Shown: in pieces, positions 38,317 to 49,935 of the stretch
Layout of the letters: each line of letters begins with the position of its first letter
Position numbering within the stretch: position 1 is the stretch's first letter
NCBI GenBank assembly: GCA_023228885.1
Contig: JALOAJ010000002.1
Span: 53,955-117,954, forward strand
Length of the DNA: 64,000 nucleotides
DNA from: Bacillota bacterium
GTDB taxonomy: Bacteria > Bacillota > Clostridia > Monoglobales > Firm-18
Reading direction: 5' to 3'
Notes under the pieces: generated by a model
Told to the model about the DNA's origin: nothing
Database searches by the model: none
What the model saw: only the letters and a program-made list of their open reading frames with translations
Made by a program: the position numbers and the translations under genes

Positions 38317-39482
38317 ATATGAAACAGCTTCTTTCACCTGTTGTATCAAGCATACAGCCGTCCGGCATACGAAAGTTTTTTGATATTGTTTCATCCATGC
38401 CGGATGCCTTATCGCTTGGCGTGGGCGAACCGGATTTTGTAACTCCGTGGCATATACGAGATGCCGGCATTTACTCGCTTGAAAAAGGTCAAACATATTA
38501 CACCTCCAATAGCGGTATGGCTCCGCTTAGGGAAGAAATATGCAACTATATGAATCGGCGGTTTTCACTTGAATATAACTCCGATACGGAAGTTTTGGTT
38601 ACGGTTGGCGGAAGTGAGGCGATTGACCTTTGCCTGCGCTCTTTGGTGTGCAAAGGTGACGAGGTGCTTATCCCCGAGCCAAGCTTTGTTTGCTATTCTC
38701 CATGTACGCAGCTTGCAGGGGGAACCCCTGTGCCTATCGTCACAACGGAAAAGGATAATTTTAAACTTACCGCCGAGGCGCTTAAAAAAGCAATAACCCC
38801 AAATACCAAGCTGCTTATATTGCCTTTCCCGAACAACCCGACCGGCGCTATCATGACAAAACACGAGCTTGAACAGGTAGCAAAGGTGTTAAACGACACG
38901 CAAATAATCGTGTTGTCAGACGAAATATATGCCGAACTGACATATAACGGAAAGCATACATCTATTGCAAATATTGAGGGAATGAAAGAACGCACCGTTG
39001 TAATAAGCGGCTTTTCAAAGGCATATGCCATGACGGGCTGGAGGTTGGGGTATGCATGCGGCCATAGCGATATAATAGCGTCAATGACAAAAATACATCA
39101 GTATTCCGTAATGTGCAGCCCAACAACAAGCCAATTTGCGGCAATAGATGCGCTTAAAAACGGCGATGCGGATATTGAGGCCATGGCTGCGGAATATAAT
39201 TATCGTCGGAAAATTATTTTAGACGGTGTCCGCCAAATCGGGCTTGAATGCTTTGAACCGCAAGGTGCGTTTTATATATTTCCGAACATAACATCAACCG
39301 GTCTTTCTTCAAACGAGTTTTGTGAAAAGATGCTTACCGAGCAAAAAGTTGCCGTAATCCCCGGCAATGCTTTCGGCAGCTCCGGCGAAGGATTTATTCG
39401 ATGCTCATATGCATATTCGATTCCTGTGATAAATCAGGCGCTTGAGCGTATGGACACCTTCGTTAAAAAATATAAACGCTGA
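38313..39482 (+). CDS. Class I/II pyridoxal-phosphate aminotransferase (aspartate aminotransferase-like)
   Basis: LGVGEPDF, NNPTGA, PLP-lysine motif SGFSKAYAMTGWRLGY; overlaps the lrp stop. Confidence 0.88.
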   Translation: MNMKQLLSPVVSSIQPSGIRKFFDIVSSMPDALSLGVGEPDFVTPWHIRDAGIYSLEKGQTYYTSNSGMAPLREEICNYMNRRFSLEYNSDTEVLVTVGGSEAIDLCLRSLVCKGDEVLIPEPSFVCYSPCTQLAGGTPVPIVTTEKDNFKLTAEALKKAITPNTKLLILPFPNNPTGAIMTKHELEQVAKVLNDTQIIVLSDEIYAELTYNGKHTSIANIEGMKERTVVISGFSKAYAMTGWRLGYACGHSDIIASMTKIHQYSVMCSPTTSQFAAIDALKNGDADIEAMAAEYNYRRKIILDGVRQIGLECFEPQGAFYIFPNITSTGLSSNEFCEKMLTEQKVAVIPGNAFGSSGEGFIRCSYAYSIPVINQALERMDTFVKKYKR

Positions 39483-39532
39483 CATAAAGCGCATAAACGC
39501 CCCTGCTTTGGAATATTTATTACTGTGGGGTG

Positions 39533-39940
39533 ATGGTTTTGAAAAAGAAAATTTACATTATTACAGCAGCTTTTGTGTTTTTAATAATTTTAGTTATTTT
39601 AATAGCGGCACAAACGCCGATAGGTCCGTCCGCTGCCGCAGATTATCTTACCGTACTCGGCTGGGAAGTTGACAAAAAGCCGATTGAAACCGAAATAGTC
39701 AATCTGCCGTTTGAATTTGACGATGTTTACGCCGAATATAACAAGCTGCAACGGCAAGCCGGCTTTGATTTGTCGGGGTACATGGGCAAAAAGGTCACGC
39801 GATACACCTTTGCGGTGAAAAACTTTGAAGGGCAAACAGGCGTAAGGGCAAATGTGCTGATGTATAACGGCAGGGTAATTGGGGGCGATTTAATGACGGT
39901 TGCAATTGATGGGTTTATGATTCCGCTGAAAAAACGCTGA
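39533..39940 (+). CDS. DUF4830-like membrane-anchored protein
   Basis: N-terminal TM (IYIITAAFVFLIILVILIA), then YLTVLGWEVD...FDDVYAEYNKLQRQAGFDL...GKKVTRYTF typical of DUF4830. Confidence 0.65.
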   Translation: MVLKKKIYIITAAFVFLIILVILIAAQTPIGPSAAADYLTVLGWEVDKKPIETEIVNLPFEFDDVYAEYNKLQRQAGFDLSGYMGKKVTRYTFAVKNFEGQTGVRANVLMYNGRVIGGDLMTVAIDGFMIPLKKR

Positions 39941-39965
39941 TTAGTTAGCTTGTACCAAGGAGGAA

Positions 39966-42137
39966 ATGAAAATAATGGATATAGAAAAAGTGCTGGCATC
40001 AGAGTTCGGCATAAAACAATGGCAAGTTGAAAACACCGTTGCGCTGATTGACGAAGGGAATACCATTCCCTTTATTTCGCGTTATCGAAAAGAGGTGACA
40101 GGTGAGCTTGATGACCAGCTTTTACGGGAACTGAGCGACCGTCTTTTGTACCTTCGCTCTGTGGATGAGCGCAAAAACGAGGTTGAGCGCCTGATAGACG
40201 AGCAAGGGAAATTGACACCCGAACTAAGCGAAAAAATCCATAATGCCTCAAAGCTCACCGAAATTGAAGATATTTATCGTCCGTTCCGTCCCAAACGCAG
40301 AACAAGGGCAACGATAGCAAAAGAAAAGGGGCTTGAACCGCTTGCGGATTTACTTTTTAAGCAAAACATTTATGATGGAATTATAGATGATATATGCGCC
40401 GAATATATTAACGAAGAAAGGGAAGTAAACACAGCAGACGATGCGCTTGCAGGCGCAATTGATATAATAGCGGAAAACATTTCGGACAATGCGGATTTTA
40501 GAAAATATATAAGAGAATACACGCTTTTAAACGGCATAATATCGTCTAAAACAACCGAGCAGGAAGAAACGGAAAAAAAGCGTGATGTATATCAAATGTA
40601 TCATGATTTTTCCGAACCGGTAAGCAAAATTGCACCGCACCGTATTCTTGCGCTAAACAGAGGCGAGAGAGAAAAGTTTTTAACCGTTAAAATAGAGATT
40701 GAGTCGGAAGGCATAACAAATTATTTATATAAAAAGCTGATTCCAAAAAAAGAATCCATAACAAGCGAGTATGTGCGGTTGGCAGCGCAAGATGCATATA
40801 AACGGCTTGTTGCGCCAAGCATTGAAAATGAAATACGAAATTTCTTAACGGACAATTCGCAAGAAGGCGCCATTAAACTGTTTTCAAAAAACCTCAAAAA
40901 CCTGCTGCTTACGCCGCCCATAAAAAACGAGGTGGTGTTAGGGCTTGACCCTGCTTATCGAACCGGCTGTAAAATTGCCGTTATCGACCCAACAGGCAAG
41001 GTTCTTGACACTACTGTTGTGTTTCCCACGCCGCCGCAAAATAAAGTTGATGAGGCAAAAACAACCCTTAAAAAGCTTATATCAAAACATAATGTCAGTC
41101 TTGTTTCGATAGGCAACGGAACTGCATCGAAAGAAAGCGAAATTTTTATTGCACAACTTCTAAAAGAAATCGATAAAAAAGTCTTTTATATAGTTGTAAG
41201 CGAATCGGGCGCATCGGTATACTCCGCATCCAAACTGGCGGCAGAGGAATTTCCGGATTTTGATGTTTCGCTGCGAAGCGCTGTTTCCATTGCACGGCGG
41301 GTGCAAGACCCGCTTGCCGAATTGGTAAAAATAGACCCCAAAGCAATTGGAGTGGGGCAATACCAACATGATATGAACCAAAAACGCCTAAGCGAGGCGC
41401 TCGGCGGTGTTGTTGAGGATTGTGTGAACAGCGTAGGGGTTGACCTTAATACCGCATCCGCACCGCTGCTTTCGTATGTTTCTGGGATAAACCAAACGGT
41501 TGCAAAAAATATAACGGCGCATCGGGAAAAAGAAGGAATGTTTCTAAGCAGAAAACAACTTACAAAGGTTGCAAAGCTGGGTAAAAAATCTTTTGAACAA
41601 TGTGCAGGCTTTTTGCGCATACCCAACAGCGATAACATTTTGGACAACACCGCCGTCCATCCCGAATCATACAAGGCGGCGGAAAAACTGCTTGAGCTAA
41701 CCGGATACACCCTTGATGATGTAAAAAACAACAAGTTGGAAGGCCTGCATAAAAAGGTTTCGTCAAGCATCGATAAATTGGCTGAGGAATGCGGCGTCGG
41801 AGTTCCGACGCTTCGCGATATTGCGGACGAGCTTTTAAAGCCGGGCAGAGACCCCCGCAGCGAATCGGAACCCCCAAAACTGCTTACTGATGTTTTAGGG
41901 ATTGAAGATTTAAAACCGGGCATGACGCTAAGCGGCACCGTCAGAAATGTTATAGACTTCGGCGCTTTTGTCGATATAGGGGTGCATCAAGATGGGCTTG
42001 TCCATATTTCAGAGCTTTCAAACAGCTATGTGAAGCACCCTACCGATGTTGTTTCGGTGGGCGATGTTGTCAATGTCAAGATTCTTGATGTAGATATCGA
42101 CAGAAAAAGAATTGCGCTTTCGATGCGCACTACTTAG
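39966..42137 (+). CDS. tex: Tex-like transcription accessory protein (S1 RNA-binding domain)
   Basis: TIPFISRYRKE N-terminal motif, YqgF/RuvC-like and HhH domains, C-terminal S1 domain (GTVRNVIDFGAFVDIG...GLVHISEL); the start may be the ATG at 39975. Confidence 0.92.
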   Translation: MKIMDIEKVLASEFGIKQWQVENTVALIDEGNTIPFISRYRKEVTGELDDQLLRELSDRLLYLRSVDERKNEVERLIDEQGKLTPELSEKIHNASKLTEIEDIYRPFRPKRRTRATIAKEKGLEPLADLLFKQNIYDGIIDDICAEYINEEREVNTADDALAGAIDIIAENISDNADFRKYIREYTLLNGIISSKTTEQEETEKKRDVYQMYHDFSEPVSKIAPHRILALNRGEREKFLTVKIEIESEGITNYLYKKLIPKKESITSEYVRLAAQDAYKRLVAPSIENEIRNFLTDNSQEGAIKLFSKNLKNLLLTPPIKNEVVLGLDPAYRTGCKIAVIDPTGKVLDTTVVFPTPPQNKVDEAKTTLKKLISKHNVSLVSIGNGTASKESEIFIAQLLKEIDKKVFYIVVSESGASVYSASKLAAEEFPDFDVSLRSAVSIARRVQDPLAELVKIDPKAIGVGQYQHDMNQKRLSEALGGVVEDCVNSVGVDLNTASAPLLSYVSGINQTVAKNITAHREKEGMFLSRKQLTKVAKLGKKSFEQCAGFLRIPNSDNILDNTAVHPESYKAAEKLLELTGYTLDDVKNNKLEGLHKKVSSSIDKLAEECGVGVPTLRDIADELLKPGRDPRSESEPPKLLTDVLGIEDLKPGMTLSGTVRNVIDFGAFVDIGVHQDGLVHISELSNSYVKHPTDVVSVGDVVNVKILDVDIDRKRIALSMRTT

Positions 42138-42325
42138 TGCATTTTATGAAATAAAAAGGCAAGTATTGTGCATTTTTTGCCGCACAATGTAGCCGTTTAT
42201 GCAAAATACCTAAAAGCACATTTTTAATTTTGTCTATTTAGGTAGTAACATTAAAGAAAAAAATATGCTATGATATAAGTGTGCTCGTATGAGATATGTT
42301 TTATTTGTTTAGGGGGAGTTAATAA

Positions 42326-43435
42326 ATGGCAAGTTTAAAGTTAGACGGAATGTATAAGGTTTTCCCGGGTGGAGTTACCGCAGTTAGCGACTTTACTCTT
42401 GATATCGAAGATAAAGAGTTTTTGATATTGGTCGGTCCGTCGGGGTGCGGAAAATCTACAACACTACGCATGATTGCAGGGCTTGAGGAAATAACCGAAG
42501 GAATGCTCTACATTGATGACAAGGTGGTAAATGATGTTGCGCCGAAAGACAGGGATATTGCAATGGTTTTCCAAAACTACGCGCTTTACCCCCACATGAC
42601 GGTTTATGAAAACATGGCATTCGGGCTTAAGCTCAGAAAAACGCCTAAAGCCGAAATCGTACGCCGTGTTACAGAGGCGGCAAAAATTCTTGATATTGAA
42701 CACTTGCTCCAACGAAAGCCCAAAGCGCTTTCGGGCGGTCAGCGTCAGCGTGTTGCATTAGGTCGTGCAATCGTTCGTAGCCCTAAAGTGTTTTTGATGG
42801 ACGAACCGCTTTCAAACCTTGACGCAAAACTAAGGGTTCAAATGAGAACGGAAATAAGCAAACTTCATCGAAACTTAGAAACCACCTTTATATATGTTAC
42901 GCATGACCAAACCGAAGCAATGACCATGGGTTCAAGAATTGTTGTCATGAAAGATGGGTTTATTCAACAGGTTGACAGCCCGCAGGTGCTTTATGAAAAT
43001 CCGTGCAATGTGTTTGTTGCCGGTTTTATCGGAAGCCCGCAAATTAATCTTTTTGAAGCCGGGTTGTTCAAAGACGGCGATGAATATGTTCTGAATTTTA
43101 ACGATAAATATAAAATTAAAGTTCCTGCCGGCAGAGTTCCGAAATCCGCTGATAACTATGTTGGCAAAACAGTTATTGTCGGCATAAGACCGGAGCATTT
43201 ACACGATGAGGAAGCATATATTTCATCAATGGCGGACAGTACCGTCGATGCACATGTAGAGGTAACCGAAATGATGGGCGCGGAAACATTCTTGTATCTA
43301 ACCATCGAAGGCTTGCCCTTTACCGCAAGGGTTAACCCACGCACATTGGCAAAACCGGGCGATACAATTAAAATTTGCTTTGACATGAATAAAATGTTGA
43401 TGTTTGATAAGGAAACTGAAGTTACAATAAAATAA
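42326..43435 (+). CDS. Sugar ABC transporter ATP-binding protein (MsmX/MalK/UgpC type), orphan
   Basis: GPSGCGKST Walker [15 protein letters not shown] signature, [11 protein letters not shown] Walker B, C-terminal TOBE-like domain; no adjacent permease genes. Confidence 0.92.
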   Translation: MASLKLDGMYKVFPGGVTAVSDFTLDIEDKEFLILVGPSGCGKSTTLRMIAGLEEITEGMLYIDDKVVNDVAPKDRDIAMVFQNYALYPHMTVYENMAFGLKLRKTPKAEIVRRVTEAAKILDIEHLLQRKPKALSGGQRQRVALGRAIVRSPKVFLMDEPLSNLDAKLRVQMRTEISKLHRNLETTFIYVTHDQTEAMTMGSRIVVMKDGFIQQVDSPQVLYENPCNVFVAGFIGSPQINLFEAGLFKDGDEYVLNFNDKYKIKVPAGRVPKSADNYVGKTVIVGIRPEHLHDEEAYISSMADSTVDAHVEVTEMMGAETFLYLTIEGLPFTARVNPRTLAKPGDTIKICFDMNKMLMFDKETEVTIK

Positions 43436-43459
43436 TAAAATTATCAATAAAATAACATA

Positions 43460-43494
43460 AAAAAAACGGCGAAACAAAATTTCGTCGTTTTTTC
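43460..43494. terminator. Bidirectional rho-independent terminator (ABC ATPase / galK)
   Basis: AAAAAA-ACGGCGAAA-CAAAA-TTTCGTCGT-TTTTTC between convergent genes. Confidence 0.75.
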
Positions 43495-43506
43495 ATTGTT
43501 TTAAAA

Positions 43507-44694
43507 TTATCTTAATTCTTTTGCACCATCGCCTATTTCGCTTATGTAAAAGTCAGCCTCGTAGCCAATCCTACTTTTATACGCCTCGCCCACCGTTTTG
43601 ATAAACTCGTCTACCACATCGTTTTCAACTATACTCACCGTACACCCGCCAAACCCCGCACCCGTCATGCGAGAGCCTATTACCCCCTCCATTTTGCGTG
43701 CTTCCTCAACTAATGTGTCAAGCTCTGTTCCGGTTACTTCGTATAAATCCCTTAACGAATTATGCGACTTATTCATTAGTTTGCCAAAAGTGCTCATATC
43801 ACCGCTTTTTAATGCAGCAACACTTTTTACAACCCTGTCAGTTTCGTAAATTACATGCTCGGCGCGCTTGCTTATGGTGTTGTTTGTTAAAACTTTTTTG
43901 TATTGCAAGAATTCCTCTACTGTAATTTCACCCAAAAACGCTTTATCGGGCAATACTGATTTAAGCTGTTTTAACGCTATATCACATTCTGCCCTGCGCT
44001 CATTATATTTTGATGTTTGCAAACTTCTTTTTTTATTGGTGTTTGCAATTACTATTCTTTTATTGTCTAATGAAATAGGCACATATTCATACGACAAATC
44101 CCTGCAATCAAGAAAAATGGCGTGCCCCTTTTTACCCAAAGCAGATGAAAACTGGTCCATAATACCGCAATTTACGCCGGCGTATTCTATTTCTGCCCTT
44201 TGGCTTATTTTTGCCAACCTCACTAAATCTATATCTTTATTGTCGATACCTCTTTTTTCATTTGAAAATGTTTCAAGCATAAATGCCGTGGCAACTTCAA
44301 TCGCCGCGGATGATGAAAGACCCGCGCCATGCGGAACGCTATCATCATATAACAAGTCGCAACCTGATATATCAAAACCTTCAAGCTGCATAATATGTGC
44401 CACACCGGCTTGATAATTCCCCCACCATAAATCTTTGTAGCAACAAAGGTTTTCAATATCAAGGCTTACACGGTCGGGCAAATCGGTGGCGGCAAGATTT
44501 ATTGTTTTACTATCCGTTTTTCTTGCGGCAATAACCGTTCGCATTGTGAGCGCCGCCGGGAAAACATATCCTCCGTTATAATCGGTGTGTTCACCCATTA
44601 AATTAACTCTGCCCGGTGCAGAAAACAAGCGGATATCCTTTTCTTCACCCCCATAAATTTTTATAAATTTTTGTTTAACTTCGGTAAAATACAT
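43507..44694 (-). CDS. galK: Galactokinase
   Basis: GRVNLMGEHTDYNGG signature, GHMP kinase motif PHGAGLSSSAA, C-terminal GAGFGGC. Confidence 0.95.
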   Translation of the reverse strand: MYFTEVKQKFIKIYGGEEKDIRLFSAPGRVNLMGEHTDYNGGYVFPAALTMRTVIAARKTDSKTINLAATDLPDRVSLDIENLCCYKDLWWGNYQAGVAHIMQLEGFDISGCDLLYDDSVPHGAGLSSSAAIEVATAFMLETFSNEKRGIDNKDIDLVRLAKISQRAEIEYAGVNCGIMDQFSSALGKKGHAIFLDCRDLSYEYVPISLDNKRIVIANTNKKRSLQTSKYNERRAECDIALKQLKSVLPDKAFLGEITVEEFLQYKKVLTNNTISKRAEHVIYETDRVVKSVAALKSGDMSTFGKLMNKSHNSLRDLYEVTGTELDTLVEEARKMEGVIGSRMTGAGFGGCTVSIVENDVVDEFIKTVGEAYKSRIGYEADFYISEIGDGAKELR

Positions 44695-44833
44695 AGCTTT
44701 TTATCCCTCCGGATTTTAAAGTATTATGTAAAAACCATAGATGAAATGTTTTACAACGGCAACGGTATTTAATAAATACACGATTCCCAACAAGCATTGT
44801 ATCATCAATTTTCATTATTGTAAAGCAAAATGC

Positions 44834-44862
44834 TTGACGAATTTCCTTTAATTCTGTATAAT
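44834..44862 (+). promoter_or_regulatory. Sigma-A promoter for lepA
   Basis: TTGACG-17 nt-TATAAT, 52 nt upstream of the lepA ATG. Confidence 0.6.
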
Positions 44863-44913
44863 TAATTTGGCTAAATCGGCTTAAAAGCCATTATTGAATT
44901 CCGGGGGTAGTAT

Positions 44914-46719
44914 ATGACAAACCAAAATAACATAAGAAATTTTTGCATAATAGCGCATATTGACCATGGAAAAAGCACCTTGGCGGATAGACTTTTGGAG
45001 TTTACCGGTGTTTTGTCCCAGCGTGAAAAACAAGAACAAATACTCGACAATATGGAGTTGGAGCGAGAGCGCGGCATAACCATAAAAGCGCGCGCTGTCC
45101 GCCTTGTTTACAATGCAAAGGATAGTAAGCAATATATATTGAACCTAATTGACACGCCCGGGCATGTCGATTTTAATTACGAGGTTTCTCGCTCGCTTGC
45201 AGCGTGTGAAGGCGCAATTCTTATTGTTGACGCGGCGCAAGGCATCGAAGCGCAAACGCTTGCAAACACATACCTTGCCCTGATGAATAACCTTGCAATT
45301 ATTCCTGTTATAAATAAAATAGACCTCCCCAGCGCGCAACCCGAGCTTGTAAAAAAAGAAATTGAAGACATAATAGGGGTGTCGGCAGAGGATGCGCCTT
45401 TAATATCGGCAAAGCAGGGAATCGGCATTGAAGCGGTGTTAGACCAAATAATAGAGCAAATACCCCCTCCTACCCAAGACGAAGACGCTCCCTTTAAAGC
45501 GTTGATTTTCGATTCCTTTTATGATAGCTTTAAAGGGGTTATAATTTATTGCAGGGTTTTTGAAGGCAGTATAAAAACAGGTGACAAAATTAAAATGATG
45601 GCAACGGGAAAATGCTTTGAGGTTACTGAAATCGGCTTTTTCGGCGCAAGCTCCATGACGCCGTCCGGCAAGCTATGCGCAGGCGAAGTGGGATATATAG
45701 CGGCAAGCATTAAAAATGTTTCGGACACTCATGTAGGCGACACCGTAACGACCGCTGAAGGTGGTGCAACGCAGCCCCTGCCCGGCTATAAAAAGGTTAG
45801 CCCCATGGTATTTTGCGGGGTTTATCCGGCAGACGGCGCCCGTTATAACGATTTGCGCGATGCGCTTGGCAAGCTGATATTAAACGATGCCTCTCTTTCT
45901 TTTGAACCCGAAACATCAATAGCGTTGGGTTTTGGCTTTCGATGCGGATTTTTAGGGCTTTTGCATTTAGAGATAATCCAAGAGCGTTTAGAGCGTGAAT
46001 ATAACATTGACCTTGTAACAACAGCTCCCAGCGTTATTTTCAAAATTACAAAAACAAACGGCAGCGTTCTTGAAATCGACAACCCCACAAACCTTCCCCC
46101 CGCTGTTGAAATAGACCATATGGAAGAACCGATAGTGAGCGCAAATATAATGACCCCTTCCGACACGGTAGGAAATATTATGGAGCTTTGCCAAGAAAGG
46201 CGCGGAGTTTTTAAAGATATGAAATACCTTGATGATAAGCGTGTTTCCATTCATTATAATTTGCCGCTTGGCGAAATAGTGTATGACTTTTTCGATGCGT
46301 TAAAATCAAGAACCAAAGGGTATGCCTCTTTTGATTATGAGCTTTCCGGGTATCAAAAATCCTCGCTGGTAAAGCTTGACATCTTGCTAAACGGCGAAAC
46401 GGTTGATGCGCTAAGCCTTATAGTTCACTCGGAAAAGGCTTATGAGCGCGGCAGAAAAATTTGTGAAAAGCTTAAAAATATAATACCCCGCCAGCTTTTT
46501 GAAATTCCAATCCAAGCGGCAATAGGTAACAAAATTATAGCGCGCGAAACGGTGAGAGCGCTACGAAAAGATGTGCTTGCAAAATGCTACGGCGGCGATG
46601 TTTCCCGAAAAAGAAAACTGCTTGAAAAACAAAAAGAAGGCAAAAAGAGAATGCGGCAAGTAGGCTCGGTGGATATTCCGCAAGAAGCCTTTATGTCTGT
46701 GCTAAAGCTTGATGAGTAG
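44914..46719 (+). CDS. lepA: Elongation factor 4 (LepA)
   Basis: [30 protein letters not shown], LepA C-terminal domain; 601 aa. Confidence 0.96.
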   Translation: MTNQNNIRNFCIIAHIDHGKSTLADRLLEFTGVLSQREKQEQILDNMELERERGITIKARAVRLVYNAKDSKQYILNLIDTPGHVDFNYEVSRSLAACEGAILIVDAAQGIEAQTLANTYLALMNNLAIIPVINKIDLPSAQPELVKKEIEDIIGVSAEDAPLISAKQGIGIEAVLDQIIEQIPPPTQDEDAPFKALIFDSFYDSFKGVIIYCRVFEGSIKTGDKIKMMATGKCFEVTEIGFFGASSMTPSGKLCAGEVGYIAASIKNVSDTHVGDTVTTAEGGATQPLPGYKKVSPMVFCGVYPADGARYNDLRDALGKLILNDASLSFEPETSIALGFGFRCGFLGLLHLEIIQERLEREYNIDLVTTAPSVIFKITKTNGSVLEIDNPTNLPPAVEIDHMEEPIVSANIMTPSDTVGNIMELCQERRGVFKDMKYLDDKRVSIHYNLPLGEIVYDFFDALKSRTKGYASFDYELSGYQKSSLVKLDILLNGETVDALSLIVHSEKAYERGRKICEKLKNIIPRQLFEIPIQAAIGNKIIARETVRALRKDVLAKCYGGDVSRKRKLLEKQKEGKKRMRQVGSVDIPQEAFMSVLKLDE

Positions 46720-47782
46720 CGGCGTATATATTCACATACCCTTTTGCCAAAAAAAATGTTACTATTGCAACTTCAATTCTTTTGATAATATTGAGCATTT
46801 AAAAGAAAAATATATAAATGCTCTTATTTACGAAATAAAAAACAGCAGTATGCATGATTATGACAGCGTTTTTATTGGCGGCGGAACGCCCACATGCGTT
46901 CCAATACATCTGCTTTTGGATGTTGTAAGGCTTGTAGCCAAAAAAGGCTGTGAGTTCACCATTGAGGCGAACCCTGCCACCATATCCGAGAAAGGTCTTT
47001 TTTTGCTTAGAAAAGCAGGCGTAAACAGGATAAGCTTGGGGCTGCAATCGGCAAACGATTCAGAGCTTTTATCGCTTGGCAGGCTGCATACCTTTGACGG
47101 TTTTTTAAATTCCTTTAAAAATGCACGGCGGGCAGGCTTTGACAATATTAACATCGACCTGATGTTCGGCTTGCCCGAGCAGACGATAGACAGCCTAAAG
47201 CATAGCCTTAACGCCGTTGCGGATTTAGCGCCGGAGCATATTTCGTGTTACTGCCTTTCTGTCGAGGAGGGCACCCCTTTTTATAATATGCCGCTTAATT
47301 TACCTGATGAAGAAACGGCGCGCCAAATGTATCTTTTGTGCGTTGAATTTTTTAAAAAACATGGGTTTAACCATTATGAAATTTCTAATTTTGCAAAAGA
47401 TGGGTTTGAATGCAAGCATAATTTGAAATATTGGGAAAGAAAGCAATATTACGGTTTTGGTGCGGGTGCACATTCGTTGTTGCAAAATATTCGTTACAAA
47501 AACAGCAACAATGTATGCGAATATATAGATAGCAATGTAGCGGAAAGAACTGTTCTTTCGCAATCCGAAATAAAAAATGAATACATATTTTTAGCTTTGC
47601 GCAAAACAAACGGTATAGAGCTTGCAGATTACAACGCAATTTTTTGTGAGGATTTTTTAAAAAAATACGATGCTCAAATTTTAAAGTATAAAGATTACTG
47701 TACCGTTAAAGATGGTCGGTTTTATTTAAACTTAAACGGTTTGACCGTTTCTAACACCATAATAGCTGATTTTTTGGAGTGA
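46709..47782 (+). CDS. hemW: Radical SAM heme chaperone HemW
   Basis: [16 protein letters not shown] (Cx4Cx2C with the HemN-like context), GGGTP; lepA-hemW synteny. Confidence 0.9.
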   Translation: MMSSGVYIHIPFCQKKCYYCNFNSFDNIEHLKEKYINALIYEIKNSSMHDYDSVFIGGGTPTCVPIHLLLDVVRLVAKKGCEFTIEANPATISEKGLFLLRKAGVNRISLGLQSANDSELLSLGRLHTFDGFLNSFKNARRAGFDNINIDLMFGLPEQTIDSLKHSLNAVADLAPEHISCYCLSVEEGTPFYNMPLNLPDEETARQMYLLCVEFFKKHGFNHYEISNFAKDGFECKHNLKYWERKQYYGFGAGAHSLLQNIRYKNSNNVCEYIDSNVAERTVLSQSEIKNEYIFLALRKTNGIELADYNAIFCEDFLKKYDAQILKYKDYCTVKDGRFYLNLNGLTVSNTIIADFLE

Positions 47783-49897
47783 TTGCGTTTGAAAAGACCC
47801 CTTCCAATGTTGGCTGCTGCCGGGGTTTTCGGCGTGTGGCTTGGCATTACGCTTGAACCGCAAATTTTAATTCGCATATCTGCTGTTTTGCTTATTGCAA
47901 TCATGATAAAGCGTTTTAACGCAAAAAGCTTGCTTGTTACAATTTCTGTCTTGCTTTTTTGCGTCGGTCTTATTCGCGGCGCTTATGTCAAGGATTCGGG
48001 CTTTAATCCATATCTTGCCTTTGAAAACACAAAGGTTACCATCCTTGGCGAGGTTGTGTCGATTGCTCCTCAATATGCAACCGTTAAGTGTTTTGGCATT
48101 TTAAAAGAAGATGTTTTACATAAAGCGCAGTCAAAAGTTTTAATTAACACAACCAAAATAAATCAAGACTTTAATTTTCGGGATATAATAGCTGTTGACG
48201 GAATAATCAGGCTTTACGAACAAATGCCATACTGGGGCGAAACAGGCAGCCGTGGGTTTTATGCTTCAAAGGGCATTTTTGCAAGCTTAACTGCCGACAA
48301 GGCAGAGCTTATCGAAGAAAATCACATAAGGGCAGACTTTTTACTTTGGGGCAGCAACGCCCGCCAGCATATAAAAAACACAATTGACAAATACCTGCCG
48401 GGCGATGAAGGAGCGCTTATCAAAGGCATATTAATAGGAGATAAGCAGGATTTTTCAACTGATTTGAGCAATGCTTTTCGGCTAAGCGGTCTGTCACACA
48501 TTGTTGCCGTTTCGGGTTTGCATATCGGTATATTTATTATGTTTATAAGCTTTGGCACATCACTTTTTTCATCCCGCAAGCTACAAGCGTTTATCATGCT
48601 TTTAATGATTTTTATATATGTTGTGATTGCCGATTTTCAGCCATCAATTCTTCGTGCCGCGGTGATGGCGGCATATGGTCTTGCAATCGAACTTTCAAAA
48701 TTGCGCAAGGATTCCCTGTGTGCGCTTATGGGGGCAACTCTTTTATTGTCCTTTATAAATCCATTTTTAATATGCAATATAGGCTTTATACTTTCGTTTT
48801 TGGCAACTCTCGGTATTGTGCTGCTGGGCGGCGCTTTCACCAAATATAAGCTTGCCAACGCAGGCATTGCAGCGTTTTTATTTACCGCCCCGATTATTGC
48901 ATACAGCTTTAACACAATAACGCTTGCTGCATTGTTTACAAGCATACTGATATCTCCGTTGGTTGTAATGGCGTTGCTGTTAGGGCTTTTAATGTGCGCT
49001 CTTCCTCCTTTGGGCGTTTTAATATCCCCTGTATTGTTTTGCATCAGCCATGTTATGATTATAATTTCAAAGGTTTTTGCATCAATAAAATTTTTGACAA
49101 TTGATGTTCCCTCTCCAAGCCTGTTGGTTATGATGTTTTCTTTTGCGGGGCTTTATTTGCTGTATCTGCTGCTTGTAAAAAAAGGCAGCAAGCTAAAATT
49201 TGCAGTTATTGCAACTTTTATGTTGCTATTTATAATCGCGGGCAGCGTCGGTTATGCGGTCGCTTACAAAAACGCAGAGATAACCTTTATAGCAACTAAA
49301 TATTCAAACGGTGTTTACATTAAAAGCCCGAATTGTTATAATATAATTGCGGCGGAATCCGGCTGGTATGATATCGCTAACTTTCTTTGCAAGAAAAACA
49401 TCAAAAAGCTTGATACTGTTATTTTAACAAGCGATAAAAATATAAGCGCATTAAATTACCTAACGGATAAAGTAAAAGTTTCGTCAATCTATGCGCCGCT
49501 TGGCGTTAGCTTAAGCCTGCCGAATACCGAGGTTTTGTTTTACAATAAGGCTCAAACAATATCAAAGGACGGCATCAATTTGGAACTGCTTTATGCCGAT
49601 AACGGTTGTGCCAACTTGAAAATAGCGTCTTTATCTTCCACGGCAATCTTTGCCGAAAACAGGTATTCAAGCAACCGGTTGGATGCCGACATTGTTTTTA
49701 TCGCGTCTGATTTGCAAAAAAATGCGGTAAATGCAAATTACGCCGTTTTAGGTATGCAATACAAGCGGGAATTTTTGCCCGCGCAAGCAACGGATGGGGC
49801 AGAAATATTGAGGATATGCGACCTTGGCAGCATTACCTTTAGGATAAACGAAAAAGGAATTGCGGCAGTTAAAAAAACAAGAATGCCTTTTTATTAA
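47783..49897 (+). CDS. comEC: ComEC/Rec2 family DNA internalisation channel protein
   Basis: N-terminal DUF4131/OB region, polytopic competence domain (SGLSHIVAVSGLHIG), C-terminal region aligned to the beta-lactamase fold but lacking its metal ligands. Confidence 0.85.
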   Translation: MRLKRPLPMLAAAGVFGVWLGITLEPQILIRISAVLLIAIMIKRFNAKSLLVTISVLLFCVGLIRGAYVKDSGFNPYLAFENTKVTILGEVVSIAPQYATVKCFGILKEDVLHKAQSKVLINTTKINQDFNFRDIIAVDGIIRLYEQMPYWGETGSRGFYASKGIFASLTADKAELIEENHIRADFLLWGSNARQHIKNTIDKYLPGDEGALIKGILIGDKQDFSTDLSNAFRLSGLSHIVAVSGLHIGIFIMFISFGTSLFSSRKLQAFIMLLMIFIYVVIADFQPSILRAAVMAAYGLAIELSKLRKDSLCALMGATLLLSFINPFLICNIGFILSFLATLGIVLLGGAFTKYKLANAGIAAFLFTAPIIAYSFNTITLAALFTSILISPLVVMALLLGLLMCALPPLGVLISPVLFCISHVMIIISKVFASIKFLTIDVPSPSLLVMMFSFAGLYLLYLLLVKKGSKLKFAVIATFMLLFIIAGSVGYAVAYKNAEITFIATKYSNGVYIKSPNCYNIIAAESGWYDIANFLCKKNIKKLDTVILTSDKNISALNYLTDKVKVSSIYAPLGVSLSLPNTEVLFYNKAQTISKDGINLELLYADNGCANLKIASLSSTAIFAENRYSSNRLDADIVFIASDLQKNAVNANYAVLGMQYKREFLPAQATDGAEILRICDLGSITFRINEKGIAAVKKTRMPFY

Positions 49898-49935
49898 AAG
49901 GGCAAATATTATACGGAAGGGCTTGAGTTTATACC

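Noticed and set aside
44727-44755. Inverted repeat TGTAAAA-N15-TTTTACA upstream of galK, considered as a possible GalR/LacI or cre operator.
   Set aside because: The arms are 7-bp and AT-rich, and the 15-nt spacer does not fit LacI-family or cre (TGWAANCGNTNWCA) architecture. Chance occurrence is likely.
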